Shown here one piece after another: positions 8,089 through 15,740 of a stretch of DNA of 18,935 nucleotides (position 1 is its first letter; every line of letters begins with the position of its first letter). The stretch is taken from assembly GCA_964510165.1 (NCBI GenBank), contig CAZEBC010000064.1, positions 1 through 18,935 on the forward strand, written 5' to 3'. The notes below the pieces were generated by a model. That model searched no databases, was not told the origin of the DNA, and saw nothing but the letters and a program-made list of their open reading frames with translations. The translations under genes were made by a program, and so were the position numbers. This DNA comes from an uncultured bacterium (GTDB taxonomy: Bacteria; Abyssobacteria; SURF-5).

Positions 8089-9249
8089 CTATCCTTCTTG
8101 TCGAAAAGGTCGAAAGGATTGAACCAGGATTTCGGCCACTTCGGGCCTTGTGAATTCGGGAGGCGGCATGATCCCCTGCCTCAACATCTCGCGGACCTTC
8201 GTGCCGCTGAGCATCAGGTGATCGCGCGAATTGTGAGGGCACGTCTTGACGGATGCCATTCCGCCGCACGCTCTGCAAAAGAACGCGTTGTCGAAGAACA
8301 ACGGGGTGATCCCGAGTTCGTCGGGTTCGAACTCGTTGAAGATATAGTGAGCGTCGAAGGGTCCGTAATAAGAGCCGACGCCCGCATGGTCGCGACCCAC
8401 GATAAAGTGGGTGCACCCGTAGTTCTTCCTGATGATGGCGTGGAATATCGCTTCCCTTGGTCCGGCGTAGCGCATGGCTGCGGGAAAGACGGAGAGGGCG
8501 ACTCGCGTCTTGGGATAATATTTTTCGAGGAGAACCTCATAGCATTTCATCCTGACTTCCGGCGGGATATCGTCGCCCTTGGTCTCGCCGACAAGAGGAT
8601 GAATCAATATGGCGTCGACCATCTCGAGCGCGCATTTCTGGAGGTACTCGTGCGCGCGGTGTATCGGGTTTCGAGTCTGGAAGGCGGCAACGTGACGCCA
8701 TCCCTTCATCTTGAACAGGAGGCGGGTTTCCTTGGGGTCGAGCCTGTACTCGTTCAGGATCCTATGGATTGGACGATTGAGCAGGGTAATCGGTCCGCCG
8801 AGATACACACCGCCGACGCTTTTGAGGTACCGATTACCGGGATGCGCCTCGTCGGTGGTCTGCAACACCTTCTGGCCTTCATATTCCTTGTCGACCTCGT
8901 ACTTGTCCTCCAGGTGAAGGACGCCGAGGAGGCTTCCGGCCTCGTCACGCATGGCCACATCGCTGCCGATCTCATAGTCGGCGTTGGAGTCTTTGACAGC
9001 GAGCGTGACGGGAATAGTCCAGGGCAGTCCCTTGGCCAGCCTCATGAGGTCCAGGACGCTCACGTAGTCCTCTTTCGACATGAAACCCTCGAGCGGACTC
9101 AGGGCGCCCACAGCCATCATCTCGAGGTCGGAGACTTCTCTGGAGTTCAGGGTTATGGACGGCATCGCAAGCGCGCGCTCGCAGAGGGCCTCGCGCTGAG
9201 AGCCCTCAGCCACGCGGTTTATGAGCCGTCCGCCGTGAGGTTTAATCAT
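8089..9249 (-). CDS. sat: Sulfate adenylyltransferase (ATP sulfurylase, Sat type)
   Basis: [48 protein letters not shown], CxxC..CPH zinc site and SGTKVR motifs. Confidence 0.97.
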   Translation of the reverse strand: MIKPHGGRLINRVAEGSQREALCERALAMPSITLNSREVSDLEMMAVGALSPLEGFMSKEDYVSVLDLMRLAKGLPWTIPVTLAVKDSNADYEIGSDVAMRDEAGSLLGVLHLEDKYEVDKEYEGQKVLQTTDEAHPGNRYLKSVGGVYLGGPITLLNRPIHRILNEYRLDPKETRLLFKMKGWRHVAAFQTRNPIHRAHEYLQKCALEMVDAILIHPLVGETKGDDIPPEVRMKCYEVLLEKYYPKTRVALSVFPAAMRYAGPREAIFHAIIRKNYGCTHFIVGRDHAGVGSYYGPFDAHYIFNEFEPDELGITPLFFDNAFFCRACGGMASVKTCPHNSRDHLMLSGTKVREMLRQGIMPPPEFTRPEVAEILVQSFRPFRQEG

Positions 9250-9411
9250 AAGTAGCGCTTGAGTTTGTCCTTGGTGGTTTTTGATGGACGCACGCTGTGC
9301 GCCTTTAGAGAATCATGTATTGCTCATACCGACAACTTCAATTGTGACGGGCCCGTGCTTGAGGAATGAACTCCTCTTTTCGGCCGGTTCCGGGAACTGG
9401 GATAATACTTC

Positions 9412-9441
9412 ATTTTATTGATTTTGAGCGGGATATGTCAA
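9412..9441 (-). promoter_or_regulatory. sigma70-type promoter for the sat operon
   Basis: Minus strand TTGACA (9441-9436), 18 nt spacer, TAAAAT (9417-9412), in an AT-rich intergenic patch about 160 nt upstream of sat. Confidence 0.7.
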
Positions 9442-9574
9442 GGGTACACAGCGACCAGGTTCCCGAGGCTTGGAATTGCTGCGGAAGATTATGGCAGGCC
9501 GAAACCGCACTTGACAAAAGAACGCGAATCCACTCCTCCGTTTTCACGTCACCAGAGAAAGAACGCTTCGCACA

Positions 9575-10735
9575 TCAGCCGAAGAACAGGGACCTCCTTT
9601 TCTTCAGCAATGAGTCCACCATGTCTTGCACCGTTGCTCGAAGCTGTCGGTTCAGGCGATTGATGATGACGTTATCGTTGAGAGCCGACTCGTCATATTC
9701 ATCGTACCTGATGACAGAGCCGAACTGAATGTACCACTTCGTGGGAAGGGGGATAAAGCCCAGCGGTCCCAGCCACGGGAACGTGGCGGAAAGCGGAAAC
9801 AGTGGCATCCCGAACATTTTCCCCAGCCAGTTGGCGTATCCGAGCACGATGTATATTTCCTCCGCGCCGACGACGGCGGTCGGTATCACAGGCGCCCGTG
9901 TCCGGATGGCAAGCCGAATGACGCCGCCGCGTCCGAAGCGGGCGAGGTTATAGCGGTTCTTGAATCCCTTGGCCATCCCCTTGATGCCTTCGGGGAACAC
10001 ACCGACAAGCTGTTCCTGCCTGAGCAGCCTCTCGGCGTTTTCCTGGCACGCCCTGACCTGGCCGACGGCGGTCATGAATTCGCTGGCGAACGGAAGCCGC
10101 CCAAACCAGTCTTCGATCATGAACCTAGTATACCGTTCGGCGGGATGGAATTTGTAGATGGCGGTCGCGATCATGGCGCCGTCGAACGGGAGCACGCCCG
10201 AGTGGTTGGAGACGATGAGCGCGCGCCCTTCATTCGGGATGTTCTTAAGCCCTTCGGTGGTCACCCGCCAGTATTTCTTGTAGAGGAACATCATGATTTT
10301 TTCCAGAGTGGTATCCACGTCGGGCACTTTGCCGAACTCGTCCATGCGTTCGAGGTGGTCAATGAGTTCATCGTAGTCTTGAGGAGGCGCGCCGGGCACG
10401 GCGGACAGGAGCTTTCCCAAGAGTCCCCGCTTCCTCCTCTTTCTTGCTTTTTCCAGACGGGTGGAGGGTCTGAGTTTCTTTATCTCGATGTCGGCGTCCT
10501 CGCCGTTCTCGCTGACGTCGTCTTCCTCTTCAATCTTCAGAGGTTTCAAGCGCCGCTCCAATCTGCTTTCAAGTCTTTGGAGTCTTTCCTCGACCTTTTG
10601 CTCGATTCGGGAAGCTATGTCATCGGCGCCCGCCTGGGGTGAATGTTTGGGATCGTCGTTGGACTTGCCCGAAGCTTTCCTTTTTCTCACGTTATTGGAG
10701 GGTCGAGCGCTTCTCTTTTTTTCTTCGGTAGCCAT
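9575..10735 (-). CDS. Lysophospholipid/glycerol acyltransferase family protein (PlsC-like) with charged N-terminal extension
   Basis: NHSGVLPFDG (HxxxxD), VFPEG, FGRGG and PVIPTAVVGAEE motifs. GAGG RBS. About 130 aa of charged or coiled-coil N-terminus. Confidence 0.9.
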   Translation of the reverse strand: MATEEKKRSARPSNNVRKRKASGKSNDDPKHSPQAGADDIASRIEQKVEERLQRLESRLERRLKPLKIEEEDDVSENGEDADIEIKKLRPSTRLEKARKRRKRGLLGKLLSAVPGAPPQDYDELIDHLERMDEFGKVPDVDTTLEKIMMFLYKKYWRVTTEGLKNIPNEGRALIVSNHSGVLPFDGAMIATAIYKFHPAERYTRFMIEDWFGRLPFASEFMTAVGQVRACQENAERLLRQEQLVGVFPEGIKGMAKGFKNRYNLARFGRGGVIRLAIRTRAPVIPTAVVGAEEIYIVLGYANWLGKMFGMPLFPLSATFPWLGPLGFIPLPTKWYIQFGSVIRYDEYDESALNDNVIINRLNRQLRATVQDMVDSLLKKRRSLFFG

Positions 10736-10756
10736 GAGCGGACCTCACTTTGCTTG

Positions 10757-11848
10757 CTATTCGCCAGTGGCAATACTGGTGAGCGATTCGATGCGTTCCT
10801 CGGTCTCCCGTTCCACCGGGCGTCCGACGCGGCCAAGTCGTTTCCTGTCGAGGAACTCCTCGAGCGCCTCCCAGGCCGTTTTCTTTGCCTCGAAGCCCAT
10901 CACTTCCTTGGCTCGCGAGCCGTCAGCGAGGCAGTGGAACTTGAGGAATTCGAGATGCTCGGGAGGGAACGGACCCTTCTTTGCAATCCAGAGCGCCCTG
11001 AAAAACTGCTCGGCCACGATGTGGGCCATTGGCAGCCGGGGCTTGTTGGCGAGCTTGAGGACCATGCCCAAGGGTATCACGCGTCTGCCGACGATGTTGA
11101 ACACGCCGGGGAAATCCTCGTCGATGGCGAGCTTGAATGCGTCAACCACGTCCTCTTCGGATATGAATTGGATCAAGGGGTTGTACCCGAGAACCGTCGG
11201 ACATACGGGCATGGAGAGATAATGAGTCCAACAGTTGTCTACCGATGGTCCCATGATGCTGCAATGCCTGAGGACCGTGACCATGGTGTCGGGATTGCTT
11301 TTCCAGAACCGGAGCAGTTGCCGCTCGATCTCGATCTTGTCGAGCTGAAACTCATAGATCATGTGCGGCCTGGGGGTGTAGTCCTCGGTCATGTAATGTG
11401 GGTTATCATAGTGCGCGCCATATACCATCGTGCGACTTGCCACCACCAGTTTCTTGACCGGGACCTCGGAGCATGCGGATAGAATGTGCATGGTGCCGAC
11501 GGAGTTGACCTCATGCGCGTAGGTGGTGTCTTCGCTGGGGCGCTGGAAGAAACCGGTGTGAACCACGATGTCCGGCTTCTGTTCGCTCATGATTTCCACG
11601 AGCATCTCATCGGCGCGCGGATTGGTGAGGTCGAGCTTGTAATACTTGGTCTTTCGGAGCTTGAGAGACGGTCTCTTAATGTCCACGGCCACGAGCTTTT
11701 CGTAGCTTGGGTCTGCCTTCAGTCGCTTGAGAATAGTGCTGCCGAGAAAGCCGGACGTGCCTGTCAGCAGGACACGGCGGCCGGATGGCGCTTCGCCCTC
11801 GCTGTCGCCGCCGAACGTTTTTGCGGCGTCTTTGAGTTGAGTGGTCAT
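10757..11848 (-). CDS. NAD-dependent epimerase/dehydratase family (extended SDR) protein
   Basis: TGTSGFLG Rossmann motif, VNSVGT, SRTMVYGA, QFISEED and FNIVG. Start reassigned to ATG 11848 with a GGAGGGGG RBS; the longer ORF N-terminus is low quality. Confidence 0.88.
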   Translation of the reverse strand: MTTQLKDAAKTFGGDSEGEAPSGRRVLLTGTSGFLGSTILKRLKADPSYEKLVAVDIKRPSLKLRKTKYYKLDLTNPRADEMLVEIMSEQKPDIVVHTGFFQRPSEDTTYAHEVNSVGTMHILSACSEVPVKKLVVASRTMVYGAHYDNPHYMTEDYTPRPHMIYEFQLDKIEIERQLLRFWKSNPDTMVTVLRHCSIMGPSVDNCWTHYLSMPVCPTVLGYNPLIQFISEEDVVDAFKLAIDEDFPGVFNIVGRRVIPLGMVLKLANKPRLPMAHIVAEQFFRALWIAKKGPFPPEHLEFLKFHCLADGSRAKEVMGFEAKKTAWEALEEFLDRKRLGRVGRPVERETEERIESLTSIATGE

Positions 11849-11884
11849 TCTCCCCCTCCGAGTGAATCCTTTAGCCTGCCAGAT

Positions 11885-11914
11885 ACTTTGCCATGCCGGA
11901 AAGCCCAATGTCAA
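11885..11914 (-). promoter_or_regulatory. Possible sigma70 promoter for the SDR-acyltransferase pair
   Basis: Minus strand TTGACA (11914-11909), 18 nt spacer ending in TGG, then a weak -10 CAAAGT. Confidence 0.35.
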
Positions 11915-12166
11915 GCGGAGCCGCAGGCTGCCGCAGGAACTGCTCCATCGCGGGCGCCTCGTGCGCGGAGACACGCCCCCCCTTGCGCCCGTGCAAGCAG
12001 ACTCAGTTGATTGAAAACTGCATCACTAATTATATATTCGTTGTTTGTCAATCGCAAGGGGAGATGTGCAGAAAGAATGGATGAGGAGCCTGTCCCGTAG
12101 TCGGGGGCATGCAAGAAATGCGGTGCAGGTGCGAATTCACTCGCCCAGTCTTTATGGCATTGGTCC

Positions 12167-13231
12167 TTACGCGCTTATCTTGCTGGCGACTTTCTCGAGT
12201 TGGGTCTCAATGTGTTCACGTTTTTGACGGGCACGTGCGAGCTGGCCTTCGGCGGCCTTCAGATTGTCCTCAATAGTCTGCGTTTCCGGCGCCAGTTTAT
12301 CGAATTGCTCTTTCAATCTCGAGCATTCTCGTTCGGCGGCATCGCGCGCTGGCAGCGCTTGCTGGAATTCCTCAAGCAAATCCTTGTGCTTCTTCCTAAG
12401 AGAGGCGAGTTCGGTTTCCGTCTGGTCAATCTGAGATTTCAGTTCCTGGCATGTCCGGCTGCGTTGTTCGAAAGAGGCCTGCGCCTCGGAGAGACGGTCG
12501 TTGAGCGAGACGATTTCCTGAGTGCGGTCATTCATTTCTTCCTGGATATGCCTGAGGGTTTCCTCGGCTTCACTCTCCTCGAGAATCGCCATTTCCAGGT
12601 CGGTCCGCAGAGTCTTTTCCTTTTTCTTTGCTTCTTCGGCCTCGACCTTTGCGATCAACTGAGCGGCATGGAGCGCAAACTCCTTGGCGTCTTCGCTGTT
12701 GCCGCCAGCCAAGGCTTCTTGCGCTCGCTGCAAGAGCTGTTCAACGTCTGAGCGAACGCTTCCTTCCATATGGTATTCCTCCTCGACTGTTGAATCTCCG
12801 TTCATCGGCCCTTCTGTTTGAAGAGAGAATGCCGGCCTGGTCGCCGGTGCGGGCGTCGCGGGCTGTGCTTCCTCCATGCGCGATTTCCACTGTTCAAGAG
12901 CATCGGAATTCACGGAGCCTCCCTGAAGCGAATCCCTTACAAGGTCCATCAGCTCGAAGATCAACTGCCAATGCAATTCCTTGATTGTGGCGCCGTCATC
13001 CGTCACTCCCTTCACGAAGGTTTCGAGGTCGCCGCACAACGGTTCAAGCAATTCGTTTTCCCTGGCGACATGGAGCGCAGAGCCGACGATTCCGGTGAAA
13101 TGCCTTGCTATCTTGTCCGGAGTCTGCCGGGCAAATCTCCAGGAATTCTTGAGCACATGCAGGTCTTCTATCAGATTATCCAGCAGTTCCATCTGATGGT
13201 CGCGACTGTTGTTCGAGTTTTCAGAAATCAA
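12167..13231 (-). CDS. Hypothetical protein: degenerate HPt-like N-terminal helical bundle, linker and long C-terminal coiled coil
   Basis: TTG start with GGAGG RBS. IARHFTGIVGSA...LEPLCGDLETFV...LIFELMDLVRDSL resembles the HPt/CheA-P1 pattern. The C-terminal half is heptad- and E/K/Q/R-rich. Confidence 0.7.
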   Translation of the reverse strand: MISENSNNSRDHQMELLDNLIEDLHVLKNSWRFARQTPDKIARHFTGIVGSALHVARENELLEPLCGDLETFVKGVTDDGATIKELHWQLIFELMDLVRDSLQGGSVNSDALEQWKSRMEEAQPATPAPATRPAFSLQTEGPMNGDSTVEEEYHMEGSVRSDVEQLLQRAQEALAGGNSEDAKEFALHAAQLIAKVEAEEAKKKEKTLRTDLEMAILEESEAEETLRHIQEEMNDRTQEIVSLNDRLSEAQASFEQRSRTCQELKSQIDQTETELASLRKKHKDLLEEFQQALPARDAAERECSRLKEQFDKLAPETQTIEDNLKAAEGQLARARQKREHIETQLEKVASKISA

Positions 13232-13267
13232 CGTGCACCTCCGGCATCACAGGTTCGAGGATTTGTG

Positions 13268-13283
13268 AGCAATATTCATACCA
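13268..13283 (-). promoter_or_regulatory. sigma54 (-24/-12) promoter
   Basis: Minus strand TGGTATGAATATTGCT = GG-N10-GC with TTGC, ending 36 nt upstream of the start at 13231. Confidence 0.6.
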
Positions 13284-13559
13284 TATTGCTGCATGCGTCA
13301 CAATGGTGAGGAAACGGCTTCAAGCGAAGACTCAAGCGTCTTCCGCGGAAAAACGTGATAGACGATAAGAGCATTGATTTCAATGGCTTATGCCGTGACT
13401 TCACCGCCAGGCGGCCCGGGACACGGCGCCACGAAAGCATGGTTCCTCATGTTGACGGGCCGTTGCGAAAGGGCCAAAACCGGCGACAAGTACAAATTTG
13501 ACCAACCGAATGACCACTCGCGCGAGAAGCGAGACGGGCATATCTCCGTTGGCCTGCAA

Positions 13560-13589
13560 TTGACACCTAATTTGAGGATGCTCTATAAT
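13560..13589 (+). promoter_or_regulatory. Consensus sigma70 promoter for the marC-permease unit
   Basis: TTGACA (13560-13565), 18 nt spacer, TATAAT (13584-13589); both hexamers are perfect. Confidence 0.8.
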
Positions 13590-13693
13590 TGTTTCTGATT
13601 GCGGCCGGTCAAAGGCGCTCCTGGTTGTCCCAGCCTTCGGCGCCGGCTTCTTCTTTCATAAACTGAAAACATTCTTTTTTGCATAAAACTTAT

Positions 13694-14317
13694 ATGGAAT
13701 CCCTCTGGACTGAGTTTCTCAAAGCGATTACCCCGTTTGTTCGGACGTTCATTCCGATATTTGTGGCGGTGGATGTGATCGGGATGATTCCGCTGTACAC
13801 CGGTTTGACCGGACAGATTCCCAAAAATCACAGGAGCAGGATCGCGGGCCAGTCGATAGTGACCGCGCTCATCATATCGATAGCCTTCCTCTTTGTTGGC
13901 AAGACCATTTTTGAGTTTCTCGGCATAACGGTGGAGGACTTTCAGATAGCGGGCGGGGTGTTGCTGTTCGTGCTGGCGGTGGTGGACTTGATCGGCGGGA
14001 AGACGCTGACGGAGACGACTCCTCAAATGGGTGTGGTGCCGCTTGGCACGCCCCTCATAATCGGCCCGGCGGTGCTCACGGTGCTCATCATGATGTTGGA
14101 CCTTTATGGGATTTGGCCCACCTTGGCGGGAATACTGTTGAACCTGGGACTGGTGGCGCTCGCGCTGTTCAACGCCGAGAGAATACTGAGCGTGATGGGC
14201 GAGAGCGGCGCGAAGGGAACCGCGAAAGTTGTCAGCCTTTTGCTGGCGGCCATTGGGGTGATGATGGTGCGTCGGGGGATTGTCTCGATCATTTTCCGAC
14301 TTGGCGCGGGTTCATGA
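13694..14317 (+). CDS. MarC family (UPF0056) membrane protein
   Basis: FIPIFVAVDVIG, FLGITVEDFQIAGGVLL, VVPLGTPLIIGPA and SLLLAAIGVMM family motifs; about 6 TM segments. Start at ATG 13694, alternatively TTG 13679. Confidence 0.9.
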   Translation: MESLWTEFLKAITPFVRTFIPIFVAVDVIGMIPLYTGLTGQIPKNHRSRIAGQSIVTALIISIAFLFVGKTIFEFLGITVEDFQIAGGVLLFVLAVVDLIGGKTLTETTPQMGVVPLGTPLIIGPAVLTVLIMMLDLYGIWPTLAGILLNLGLVALALFNAERILSVMGESGAKGTAKVVSLLLAAIGVMMVRRGIVSIIFRLGAGS

Positions 14318-14341
14318 CGTGGAGGGATGCCCGCCTGACGG

Positions 14342-15631
14342 TTGGAGTCCGGACAGACATTGACATTTGACAGATATGCGGCCCTCATAATCTTCTTCTG
14401 CACGTATTGCGCGCTGGTCTTTATTCCCCGGCACAGGATGCATTCGGCGCTGGCCGGGGCGTTCCTGCTCTTGGTGTTGGGCGTGGTTGATCCGGGGAAG
14501 GCGTTCCTTCTGATCAACTGGAACGTGATGGGCATTTTCTGGGGAACGCTGGTGGTGGCGGAACTGTTCATGGCCTCGAACACGCCCGCCTACCTGGCGG
14601 AGGTGGTGGTCGAGAGAACCAGCAACGCCGTGTGGGCCATCCTTGCCATCTGCGCGCTCACATCGTTCATTTCGGCGCTCGTCGAGAACGTGGCGACTGT
14701 GCTGATAGTGGCGCCGGTGGCGCTCGCGATTACCGACAGACTCCACATTTCTCCCGTCCCGATGATAATAGGCCTGACCGTCAGCTCAAACCTGCAGGGC
14801 GCCTCGACTTTGATCGGTGACCCGCCCAGCATGCTGCTGGCCGGTTTCGCGAAGCTGACCTTTAACGATTTCTTCATTTACCAGGGCAAGCCGAGCATCT
14901 TTTTTGCCGTTCAGCTTGGAGCGATTACCTCTTTCGCCGCATTGTACTGGATATTCCGGCGGATGCGGCAAGAGGTGCACATCGAGCGCACACAGCGCGT
15001 GCAGAGCTGGACTCCCCCGATCATGCTCGTCGTCATGATCATCCTGCTGGCGCTGTCCTCATTCGCCGACCCGGGCTTCGGGTACATGGCCGGCGCAATA
15101 TGCATGTTGTTCGGGATGGCCGGCTTTGTGTGGTACGCGATATTCCAGAAGGGAAACGTAATCAAACTGTTCACCAGTCTGGATTGGCAGACGACGTTTT
15201 TCCTGATGGGTGTGTTTGTGGTGGTCGGAACGCTGACGGAGGTGGGATGGGTAGAGGATATCACGCTCCTGTTCAAAGGCTTGGCGGGCGACAACGTCTT
15301 TGTGGCATACACGCTCTTGGTGTGGATATCCGTGCTCTTCTCCGCATTCATTGACAATGTGCCGTACCTGCTTGCGATGCTGCCGGTCGCTCAGGGGCTC
15401 GCCGTGAAGCTAGGCGTTTCTGACACGCTGCTGATGTTTGGACTGCTGATTGGTGCCAGCATCGGCGGCAATATCACGCCGATCGGCGCGTCGGCCAACA
15501 TCGTGGGTGTCGGCATTCTCTCAAGGCGAGGCCACCACGTGGGACTTAAGGAGTTCTCGAAAATCGGGCTTCCCTTCACGGTCGTTGCCACCTTGACCGC
15601 TTACGTGTTTCTATGGTTTGTGTGGCGCTGA
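14342..15631 (+). CDS. ArsB/NhaD/SLC13-like (IT superfamily) ion/anion permease
   Basis: ISALVENVATV, SSNLQGASTLIGDPPS, FSAFIDNVP and GGNITPIGASANIV motifs; multiple TM segments. Start uncertain (TTG 14342 or 14360). Confidence 0.88.
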   Translation: MESGQTLTFDRYAALIIFFCTYCALVFIPRHRMHSALAGAFLLLVLGVVDPGKAFLLINWNVMGIFWGTLVVAELFMASNTPAYLAEVVVERTSNAVWAILAICALTSFISALVENVATVLIVAPVALAITDRLHISPVPMIIGLTVSSNLQGASTLIGDPPSMLLAGFAKLTFNDFFIYQGKPSIFFAVQLGAITSFAALYWIFRRMRQEVHIERTQRVQSWTPPIMLVVMIILLALSSFADPGFGYMAGAICMLFGMAGFVWYAIFQKGNVIKLFTSLDWQTTFFLMGVFVVVGTLTEVGWVEDITLLFKGLAGDNVFVAYTLLVWISVLFSAFIDNVPYLLAMLPVAQGLAVKLGVSDTLLMFGLLIGASIGGNITPIGASANIVGVGILSRRGHHVGLKEFSKIGLPFTVVATLTAYVFLWFVWR

Positions 15632-15740
15632 TTCCTTTGTTTGTCGGGAGGTTGTTTCGGCCCGACGCTTCAAATCCACCGCACATCAAAGCTGCGAGGT
15701 CATGACGGATATCCATTCCGACGGTCGGGGCATTCCAAGA

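Noticed and set aside
6082-9249. Assimilatory or dissimilatory sulfate-reduction locus
   Set aside because: No cysH, cysIJ, aprAB or qmo in the window, and the intervening genes are AlkP-family. A contribution to reduction through unlinked genes cannot be excluded.
8098-9255. Long plus-strand ORFs antisense to real genes (8098-9255, 6748-7767, 2479-3366, 9626-10642, 10643-11482)
   Set aside because: Shadow ORFs caused by GC-rich codon bias. They have no recognisable motifs, and the opposite strand encodes clear families.
9250-9411. SAM-I riboswitch in the sat leader (starts TTATCC and contains GGCCC)
   Set aside because: Lacks the conserved AGAG/GAGGGA, GCAACC and GGTGC elements and the P1 closing strand.
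11849-11974. N-terminal extension of the SDR ORF
   Set aside because: A strong RBS precedes ATG 11848, and the extension overlaps the putative promoter.
12020-12051. Minus-strand TTGACA and TATAAT hexamers
   Set aside because: The spacer is only 11 nt, incompatible with sigma70.
14342-15631. Permease as the sulfate importer for the sat operon
   Set aside because: It lies in a separate, divergently transcribed unit, and its substrate cannot be inferred from the motifs.
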